This document shows, one piece after another, positions 7,333 through 17,600 of a stretch of 39,504 bases of DNA. The stretch lies in the IMG/VR virus record IMGVR_UViG_3300030433_001675, positions 1 through 39,504 of that record; one strand, given 5' to 3'. The position numbers were made by a program, and so were the translations under genes. The notes below the pieces were generated by a model. The model saw nothing but the letters and a program-made list of their open reading frames with translations, had not been told where the DNA came from and searched no databases. Position 1 is the stretch's first letter. Each line of letters begins with the position of its first letter. This DNA is from a virus (lineage: Duplodnaviria; Caudoviricetes).

Positions 7333-7672
7333 TGCGATCTTTGAATTGACCATGAGCCCTGCTTCGGCTGGTCAAGTGGCAAAAGGGATCAAGTGCTTCT
7401 TGATCAACCCGCATCCTTACATCGACACCTCTGAACGTCACCGTGACATTGCAGTGGACTTGCTTTGCAGGATCACTGAGTACCTTGCCAGTGACCTCCG
7501 CACCAAATTCTTCTACTACAAGCTGTACACCCAGATGGAGAAGACCTTGCTGGCGGACGTTCTGAACCACGGCATGACTGAGGAGACCAACAACAAAGTC
7601 ATCGACCACATCAGGGAGCAACTCTTTGGTGCGGGCGACGACCGCATGTATGACCATGCAACGAGCGTGTGA
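7310..7672 (+). CDS. hypothetical protein (120 aa)
   Basis: AAGGGAG upstream of ATG 7310; its stop overlaps the start of the initiator gene. Confidence 0.65.
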   Translation: MTQKSHSNAIFELTMSPASAGQVAKGIKCFLINPHPYIDTSERHRDIAVDLLCRITEYLASDLRTKFFYYKLYTQMEKTLLADVLNHGMTEETNNKVIDHIREQLFGAGDDRMYDHATSV

Positions 7673-8274
7673 TGTCTTGGATCAAGATGCGTACAAATTT
7701 GAGAACGGACGGACGTGTCCGTCGAGTCGCTCGCCTTTGTGACATCTCCAAGGCCGAGTGCATCGGCCACCTCTTCGTCTTCTGGTCACTTGCCGACGAG
7801 CATTCCACCGATGGCGTGCTCAAGAACTGGGACAAAGAGTCCGTCGATGACGAGACTTGCCCCGGCTTCTTCAACGCTTTGGCGGAGGTTGAGTGGGCAG
7901 ACACAACCCCAGATGGGGAGGTGGTCGTGCCTCGGTTCTCGGATCACAACGGGCGGTCAGCCAAGACGCGGGCTCAGGGAGCGTCCAGAGCCGCCAAGTA
8001 CCGGGCAAGGGCGGAAGCCGTCATGGAGTCCGCAGCCCCTGAGAAGCCATCTGAGCCCCCGCAGGAGGATTCTGGTGGTAAGATCGGGTGGTATGCCAAG
8101 CTCGATGCCATGGGTCTGGACAAAATGCAGTCCATTCAACTGGTCAAGCGTGTGTTTGACGATCACGGAGAGCAGGGAGAGCAGTGGCTAACCAAGGTGA
8201 CTGAGACATGCAAGACCAAGAGAAGCCCGATTGCGTACCTCAAGAAGATCATCAGGAACGAGTACGGTCTCTGA
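7669..8274 (+). CDS. phage replication initiator / replisome-organiser-like protein
   Basis: N-terminal WIKMRT.L....V, IGHL..FWS.AD.H, PGF..AL..V.W and PRF.DHNG.SAK.RA motifs; C-terminal DnaD-like SPIAYLKKIIRN. Confidence 0.7.
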   Translation: MMSWIKMRTNLRTDGRVRRVARLCDISKAECIGHLFVFWSLADEHSTDGVLKNWDKESVDDETCPGFFNALAEVEWADTTPDGEVVVPRFSDHNGRSAKTRAQGASRAAKYRARAEAVMESAAPEKPSEPPQEDSGGKIGWYAKLDAMGLDKMQSIQLVKRVFDDHGEQGEQWLTKVTETCKTKRSPIAYLKKIIRNEYGL

Positions 8275-8684
8275 TCTTCAACGTGCATGGACGGCCTGTC
8301 CCCTTGCCAAGACCTCGTGTCTTCAAGGGGCGGGCAGTGTCCATCGTGAACCCCAAAGCAAGAGCCTGGAAGGGAGCGGTGTTGGCGGCTGCGGAGCAGA
8401 AGGCAGCGGCGTGTGGATGGACACCGTCACACCGCCCCCTCCGGCTTGAGCTTATCTTCACCTACCAGAGACCCAAGAAGCACTTCGACAGCAAGGGTCT
8501 AGTGAAAGAGAACTACCACTCAGCCCACATGGTCGGGCGTCCCGACATCGACAACCTTGCGAAGATGATCATGGACGCCGTCAATGGCGTCCTTTTTGTT
8601 GACGATTCTCAGGTGGTCTATCTGTCCGCTACGAAGCAGTACGCCTCAGAAGACGGGGTACACCTCACGCTCACCGAGCTCTAG
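8208..8684 (+). CDS. rusA: RusA-family Holliday junction resolvase (true start uncertain, possibly ~8270)
   Basis: G.PVP..RPR, RPKKH, PDIDNLAK.IMDA, DDSQVV and KQY motifs. Confidence 0.9.
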   Translation: MQDQEKPDCVPQEDHQERVRSLIFNVHGRPVPLPRPRVFKGRAVSIVNPKARAWKGAVLAAAEQKAAACGWTPSHRPLRLELIFTYQRPKKHFDSKGLVKENYHSAHMVGRPDIDNLAKMIMDAVNGVLFVDDSQVVYLSATKQYASEDGVHLTLTEL

Positions 8685-11600
8685 CCGCCTTGCGTTCCTC
8701 ACGCTTACGAGCGCCCTCTTGACGGGCCTCTCGGAACACGGCCTTGAACTCATCGCTGAACTCGTTGCCTGACTCGGCACTGATGTTCATCATCTTCCTG
8801 AGTTGATACTCGGCAGACCGAAGCTCGGCTGGGCTGGCATCGGTGAACGCCGCCTCCAGAAGTTTGAACGGCTGGCCGATAGGCAGACCACCAAGCAAAG
8901 CAACGTCGGTGAACAATCGCTCACGAATCTCCGCCGCCCTGTCTGGGTCATCTTCGCCAAAGTATTTGAAAGCACCTTCACCAATGTTTACAACGGTGTC
9001 AACACCAACAGGAATCAAGGAATCAGACAAGTAGTCAGTGGTTCTGCCGAAATCCACGGGTCTGTTCTCATTGCTGGCCTCGATCGTCTCAGCGATGATG
9101 CTTGCCACCTCACGGCTGGTGATGAATGACAACAGGGGGAACGGGCTGGCACGGACGATGCCCTCCTCGATGAACATATCCAAGACACGGTCGGTTGCTT
9201 TTTGTTTGTGCAACTCCGCGAGAACTTCCTTCTTCTCGTCTTCGTCACCGATGACGCTGGCAAGCAGCATGTTCCAGAGGTAAGTCACGCTCACGTTGAT
9301 TGCGGCGTTGCCCCCGATGAAGACAGCGGCCTTCTTGGCGGTGTCACCGCTTGCCAGCTTGGAGCCAGGCTCATACAACCGCGAGTATGTCTTCATTGGG
9401 TCAGACGTAAACGCCAGCAAACTGGAGAGATACCCGCCTTCGGTACGCAGTTTGGCTGTGACGTTTGAGTCATCGAGCGGTGACGAAGTGTTCTGCGTCC
9501 TGCGGATCGCTGTCTCAGCAGCAAGGATTGAATCAGGTGACGCCTCTGTTTCACCTCGCTTGTTCATCTCAGCCTGCACAGCAGTAGCCACGATGATGCG
9601 ATCCAAAAGTCTCAAGGTGGGAATAGCTCGCGGCAACCCAGCCAGCGAACTTCTTGCTTGGTTCAGGTGTTCAATCGAACGACCCATGTTGCCTGACATA
9701 GCGGCCTGACCAGACGCAATGATGTTCCTCAAAGTATCACCCACGACGTTGTGTAACTGGGCAATGTCAGCGATGCCGGCAGACCCATCATCACGACTGA
9801 ACACCACTCGGCGATCTACGGCGTTGCTGGAGTCACGATCCCACAGATACCCAGACTTCTTGGACACCTGATCTTGAAAGAACCCGCCAAAGGTACGGCC
9901 TGCAACCATGCCCATGACTTGCTTCAAAGCCCCCGCTACTTCCTTCGAGGAGTATTCAGTTTGCAAAGTGTTGAGGCCACCGAACAGAATGCGTCCCCAA
10001 GTTGGCGGGCTCATCACCAAGATGCCACCCACAACAGTGGATACAAAGCCAAGCGACGGGTCGGATACTGCTGGCAAGACTCTGGTGGCATAGCCGACGT
10101 GCTTGAGAACCCTGTCGTAAGCTTCACTGCCAAACTTTCTGGTGATCAGTTGACGGACCTCGGGACGTGTAATCGTAGACCAGAGGGTGCGAACATCCTC
10201 GGCCATGTAGCCAAGCTCCAACGACTTGTCCATGTGGTCGAAATAGTCTCCAGCAAAGTCAGATACGACAATCGAACCAGAGGCAGATCGCTGCTTGGTG
10301 AACCCAGCGTTCTCGGCAAAGATGGTGGCGACACCACCTCTACCCTTCTGCTCGATCTCCTCAAGGCTTGTGATTCTTGTAGTGACCTCGGATGTTCTGG
10401 GCTCATAGCCCGCAACCATTGGAGGCACGTTGCCTGTGATGCGGAAGAGAGCAGCCATTGCAGGGTTGCGAAGATCCTGCTCTCGGGCATCCTTCATGTC
10501 TGCAACCAGCTGCTTCAGGTGTGGTGGCGCCGCCTCGCGGATTGCAAAGATGTCACTGATAAGGTCAGGTCCGCTCACCGGTATTGCTGAGCCCTTGTCC
10601 CCGACCCGAAGTGACAGCTTGCCTCGCCGGCCAATGATGTCCAACGTCTCATTGTCCATTGCAAGCAACTTCAAGAACTGACCGAGTGTGATCTCGTAGT
10701 TCTTGCCGCCTAGCCTGACGGTATGCTTCTCGGTGTTGATGCGGCCTCGGGTGTTGGACGCACGAGCCCTAAAGTCTGCCAAGTCACGGAAGCCTGCACG
10801 CCGGACCGCAGCATCCAGCTTCTCCATGTGGTCTCGCCTTGCCTTCAGCATTCGAGACTCGGCGCGGGTCAAAGCATTCCATGCTCCGCCCAGTCCAAGA
10901 ATCTTCAGAGTGGACTGCAAGTCAAGCCCGCCCCGCTGGAAGGTCATGAACATGCTTGTCGTGACCTCACCAGTTGCTGTTCTTTCACGGTCAGACCTAC
11001 CGGAAACGGCATTTTCAACCAAAGTTTGACCGCGTTCAATGGTCGCAATCTGTTCAGACTTGGCTTCTTCCATGGCGATCCGGTCGTCTCGGTACAACAC
11101 CTCGGCCTGGCTCAGCAGCTCGTCCAGAATCTGTGCGTTCTCGACCATCTCAGAAACTTCCTGATCAGTCTTGGGCAGTTTGCCCTTCTTCAAACCTGGC
11201 AGACGACCCGCAGCGTAGATAGATTTGATACCCGTTCGAGTGTCGTCGTCCATGTTCCGACCCAAGAGCTTCTTCATCCTCTTCTCAAAGCGGTTGACCT
11301 TGTTGGCGTGATGGTCTACCAACGCACGGCGAAGGACTTCACGTTCAAGCTTCAACAATGCCGCTTCAGTTCGGGCGTTCATCAACCTCTTGGTGAATCT
11401 TGGACGTGACTCTTTTTCCAGATTCTCTTCGATGAACTTCAACGTCTCTCGCTTGGCGTCTGCAAGACGTACGCGCTTGGCTTTGAGGTCAGCTTCACGA
11501 CGGCTCATCTTCCGCATCTGATCTCGAAGAGCGGCCTCTTTGTCGGCACGAGCAATCTCTTCTTGGATCTTGGCGCCCTCTTCAAGACCACGGAGGGCAG

Positions 11601-14600
11601 CGATGTCCGGCCTAGTTCCCTCACGAGCAGCCAGACGCTGCCGTTCACGATCCATGATCACGTCCAGAGCAGTCTTGAAAGCCCCGGCTCCACGCTTCTT
11701 GCCCATGCGTGCTTCGATGGCGGCACGTTCTCGGGCGGACTTTGTCATTGGTGTCTTCTTCGGACCCTTGCGGCTGCGAGCAAACACAAGTGGAGACACA
11801 TCTGAGTCCGTACCCACCACACCAGCACGTTGTTCTCGAACAGCGACCGAGTCCTGGGGCTGATTCTTGAGAACCCGATACGCACCAGACAAGGCGACCT
11901 CAAGCACAGACAACTGGCTTCCGTGGTTCGTGGTCAAGCTGTCCTCGGGTAGCCTCAGCAACTCTTCGATGGCAGACAGTTGAACCCGCAAAGCTGACTG
12001 CATCTCAGGGACCAAACCTTGTTGATCTTTTGCCACGAGACTGGATGGGACACGAGCCAAGAAGTCTTGCGTATCTCGATCAGTCATGGCATGAGCCACA
12101 AACTCGTCAAGGTTGCTCACGTTGTAGTCACCCACACCGCCCTTGTCGAAGTCTGGAGAGCGGTGATACACCAACGCATCAAGGTATGCCTCACAGATCG
12201 CACGCATCCAAGGCACAGTCTCTGACGGGTCTTTGTCCAAGTATGCTTCAGCAGCAAGTTCGTCGGAGGCTTGCGGAGCATCACCAGCTTGGGACTCAAA
12301 CCGTTGGTCGAGGCTGCTCATGTCCATTCTGGTCTTGCTCTTGTAGCCACCCAGCACACGGGCAAGTTCGTCTCTGATCGCAAGGTTGGTTCTAGCATGA
12401 ACCACCTCGTGCAACAAAGTCTCAACTCCGCCCACGGCATCAACACCGTACGCAGCACCGGCGCCGTAGAGTTCTGCTTTGGGCGCGAAGTATCCTGATG
12501 GACCGATACAAAGACACCCCTTCTCCACCCAGTTGTCTGGCAATGAACCATTGACTGCGTTTGGCATAAGAGCTTGAGCCCTTCTCTTTTTGCCCACGGC
12601 AGGTCGAGGTTGACTCGCGGCTGTGTCGGCCTGCGTGTCTCTCATAGGCGGAACAAACACACCCATGTAGCTGCCTCGTTGCTGGGTATCAATGGGCATA
12701 TCCAAGTCCATGCCCAAGTCAATTAGGTGGTTAGCCAAGGCTTTGGATGCTTCGTTGCGGCCACCCTGAGAACGGACAATCCGAAGGGCTACACCCTCGA
12801 TCACAGCGATGTCATCAGCCATCTCTGGAACCAGCTCCCGAAGACGGTTCATACGAGCCTTGATACTGTCCTCGGGGTTCATCGCGGCGACGATGTGCAA
12901 CGCTTCACCAACCGTGGTTGCCTTCTTGATTTTGCTCCAGCCATAGTCGTTGGCATTGATCAGCAACGTGTGGGCAATCTCAGGAGAGGTACGAAGTATG
13001 ACTTCACCCGTACCAAAGTGAGCCCCCAAGTCGTCAACTTTGCCGGATGAGATGAGTTTGTCCAACACCTTCGTGGCATTGTCATTCACCCGCATCATCA
13101 ACTGGTGTTCGTTTGTTCGCTGCTCTACGTCTACACCATTGCCAAACCCTTCAGAGTCAGCAGGGACGACGTGGACGCTAAGCTCACCTACCCTTACGCT
13201 TGGTCTTCGGCGTCGGGCGAACTGGGGGTTTCCGGGGAAGTCTTTCTTGATTCGCTTGGCGACGGAGTCATTGGCTTCCTGCTGTCTTGTGCGGAAGTCT
13301 GCTCGGTGGGCCTGGGTGGAGTGTCGAAGGTGATGAAGCCTGAATGCTTGACTTCCTCCAATAGCCTTCGCTGCTCTTGCTTGCTCATCTTTTGGCAGTT
13401 TGGCGAGACGCCCATAAACTTTGCGGACGACCTTGGCCCCTGTACTGTTCTCTTCACCCTGGCGGGCAACAGCCGCTGGCGCGAGGAGAGCAAGTTGTTC
13501 AGCTCTTGTAGGAGCGATTCGTAAGATGACTTCTCGTTGTCCTTTGCTGAGAGCTCGGAATCGCTTGGGTTCTGGTCTTGCGTTGTCATAATCATCCCTT
13601 GCCTTTGCGGCATCTTGACGGGCTAGTCGTCTTTCGGTTCTCTTCTGATCCACCTTAGCATCAAGATCAGTCGTATCTTTTCCGGCGTCCCTCGCCTTAT
13701 TCCGTCGAAGTATAGCATTGTCGTACTGGGTATCGACACGATCTCTCTTGCTCTCCGCTTTTTCTTTGGCGGTTTTCAGCTTGGCTTGCCGCTTTGCAAA
13801 CGCCTCGTCACTCTCCATCTCGCCAGTGGGGATGCCATCAAAGAACGTGCCAGAATCTATTTCAGTTTCCGCAGACTGAAGAATGATCTCATCCTCGGCC
13901 CGAGTGATATCGGACTCGGTCGGTGCAGTCTGACCGTCAGGATACAAGTTGTTCCATGAATCGCCAAAGACATAGCTGAAGTCGCTGTCCAAACGAACCC
14001 CATCTGCGGGTGTGTTGATGACAGCTTGAACCGTAGGAATGACTTGACCAATAGCGGTTTCGATTTCGGTGTTTGTCTGCTGATCAGTCTCTGCAAAGTC
14101 GTTGAAGTTTGCAAAGATGATGAGCGTTCCGTTTGACACGGGTTGCACAAGTGGTGTGACGTTAGGGTTGCTGATGCCTTGCTGGATAGCAGCGACTTCA
14201 ACGTTGGTCACAACGTGTCCGCGTGTGAACACGACGGTCACACCCAGACCGTCTGGTGCTCCGTCAACATCGGTCAAACGGTGGGATGCCGCAGCCTCTT
14301 GGCCAAGGGACACCGACAAGAAAGTGACTGCATCTACTGCATCAGACACTGACCCACCGGGGACCACGACGTTGACTACGTTGTTGAGAATCAAGTTGCC
14401 TTCGGTGTCTGGGTATGCACCAAGTGGACCGTTGACTACCACCCCGCCATCAAGACCAGTTCCAACCTGTGTCTGACCGGGCGAAGAAGTTCTCATGTGA
14501 GTCAAAGACGTGGCCGCAGATGACAGAGACATCGTTGGATTGACTGATTTGTTCTGAGTCGCTGCCGCAAGGTCTTGAACAAGTGTCACGTTTTTAGTGC

Positions 14601-17600
14601 GGCCTGGGGTGACGGTTGCCTTTCGGCCACCTGATCCGACCTCGACAGGTCCCTTTGACAACTGGGACCGCTTACCCGAGTTTGTAGTTCCTCGGACAAG
14701 GCCAGTGCCAGATGGGTCAATGACAACCTCAAGCATGAACGCCGCGTTGTCGATTTGCAAAGCTGCTTCCAACATTTGTTGGGCGCTTATGTCTGTGCGA
14801 TTTGCCGACAACGTGGCTAAGAAGGCATTGTTTGGACCGTACAGTTCAGCCAACAACTTCCGAGACAGCTCTTGTATTTCTGGCGATGAGTTTGGATTTA
14901 CCGCAGTGCCAAGAAGGAACTTGCCAATGTTGTTTGCTCTTCGTCCCTCAACCGTAGCTTCGGTCGCTACTTCGACGGTCGCTTTGCCGCTACCCTCTCC
15001 ACGGAAGAATGCCGCTGCCTCCAAGATGTCCTCGACTTTGGGGTCAAGGAAAGCGTCCTTGGTCATGGTGAGAACACCGTCAACCTTGGTCGCCAGACCC
15101 GCCTCGTAGGCTTGTTCCAAGAACTCATCTAAGCTCTCCGAGAACGTGCCAGTGTCATCACCACGGGTAGACCACATGACCGCTTGCAACTGCCAAGGCC
15201 GGAAAGGCTCGACAGCCATAGCTTCTTGTGGGGTCAAATCCTCGCCGCGTGCCAACTTGGCTCGGGCGTCAGCAGCTTGCTGTGTCTGGCTTGCCTGCTC
15301 ATTGACATCTTGAGCGACAAGACCCAAGAAGTCTGACATCAGTTCGTACACCAATGGGTCGGCAAACGCCTCCTGAGGAATACCGAAGAACCGTGCCATG
15401 ATCACATCAAGCGTGGGCAGTGGCACAGAGTCAGCCGTACCCATACCCAAAGCCAATGTGTTGTTGAACGATCCAACCTTAAATTGGCCTGGGGCATCGC
15501 CATACTCGCCGGCTTCAGCTTCAAGAACACCCTTGGGCTCCATGACGGACACGTTGGTCGGACGCCCAGCGATGTGAGCAGCGATCAAACCAAGAGCACG
15601 TCGCAGGTTCTGGCGGACGTTGGTGCGGGGAGATGTCGCAGAGATAAACTGTGACACCACCGTGGACAGTGACGGGGCTCCCTCCATGAATGGGAAGGCA
15701 CGGACCAAGTCCTGACCGAAGGCTTCATACCAGAACCGTTGAGCCCAGCTACCGTTGATGGCCGTGTTTACGAAGTTGGCGTTTGGGGTGCGGTATGATC
15801 CATCAGCCGAGTAGGTGACGGTGTGACGAATGATCTTGTTATCGTCATCAGACACGTCTGGTTGCGGTGGGTTTGCAGCGACGGCAGCTTGATACTCTGC
15901 CTCGGTCATCACGCCCCGAGCGTCTGGACGGATACCAGTCCTCGTGCTACCGATGTCGAACTCAGCTTCTGGTTTGCCTTTGACCTTCAGTGCGATTGAA
16001 GACTTTGCACGATCAACTGCATCTTCACCGTGTCGCTCACGCAGACGATCCTCGGCCTGAGACATCAAATCATCGACCCGGTCTTGGGTCAAGCTCACGC
16101 CATAATCAATGCGAGTGGCTCGGACACGCTCGATGTCCTCTGGCTCGTTCTCGTCAAACGTAGCGAAGCTGTTGCCAGACGCCATACGAAGTGGCTCGCC
16201 TGGGCTGAGGTTGACCGGAGATCCACCTGTCCTTGACGACTCGGGTACTTGTTCACGAACGTCATGCACCGTCACGTTGCTTGGTGCTTTGCCATAACCG
16301 CGAGGCTTAGCTTTGCGATCCCGAGCAAACATAGGACCGTCAGCCGTGGGCTCGGTTGCAGGATCAGAGGGGGTAGCGGGTGTAGAGTCCGGGCTCGTGC
16401 CAGCTGCTGCTCTTGCTGCTTCAAGACGAGCCTCCAGTGCAGGACCTGCGGCTGCTACGTCTTGGATAGTAGTATCCGCTTCCCCTGACAGGGCAGCACG
16501 TCCGGCAATCCCCGAACGCTTGTCTGTGTTTGCAGCTTCAAGAGCAGCAATAACTTTAGTCGCCATCTTGGCTTCCGCCCCAAGCAAACCAAGTGCTGCA
16601 AGACGCTGTGAGATTGGACCTTCGAGAGCAGCTGCACCCTCTTCAACTGTTTGTGCGGCGCCCTCAAGTTCGACACGGGCGGACACGGCCTCTCCAACGA
16701 GCACGCCTGCTTCGGGAGTGGCAGGTGTACCAAAGAGAACAGTCTCCCCCTCTTTAGCCTCGGCAGGCTTTTGGCTCTCAACTCGTGCAAGAACACCAGC
16801 AGCCGCTGCATCCAAAGCCCCACGAACAGGTCTTTCAGCCGGATCAAGAGCTTCGGCAGCTTCAGCTTGCGCCATCTCCGCACGGGTATAGCGTCGGAAC
16901 CCTTTGTATACGTTGAGGTCGCCCATCAATCCACGAATCTCTTTGTAAAGAGTTGGGTCAAGATGTTGAACCATATGAATAATTTCGTGCAATCCGTACG
17001 CAAACATCAGCGTCTCGTTCGTTCGCGAACGCTTGCCGGTTTGACGCATCCGTCTGATGTAGATCGTGCCAGCAGACTCGTTGGTGTAGAAGGCAGGAGC
17101 GCCGCCCAAAGCTGTGCCTTCACCACCTTCAAAGAAGACGACGTTAGTGGCGCCAAGTTTCTTTAGTCGCGCCGCAGTTTTGGTTTCCGACTCTGTCTGC
17201 TCGTTCTTCTTTATCCTTCGAGCAGGAGTGATGTCGCTCTCGCCATCTACCTTCGCCTGTGGCTTTCCACCGTATTTTTTGAGCACTTGGTCGGGTGTTT
17301 TACGCCCAACACTCATTATCTTGTTGCCTTCGCCATCAACCATGTCACGAACTTTGACACCTTCTCGTGCCTGTTCGTCAACTGTTTCAAGCAACTCAAG
17401 TACCCGGGTGTGCTCTTGAAGATCCAAGTTGATCTTTTCAGCTTCTGCAATCGCCTCGTCTGCTGCTGCTAAATGACCGGCCTTGGTGTCTTCTGAAATA
17501 CCTTTGCGATTTGCAAGTTTCTGACGACGTTCAGCTTCAGCCTGGGCTGCATCACGAGCCTCTTCCAGCTCTTTTCTGTTCTTACGTCTTTCTGTCAGTT

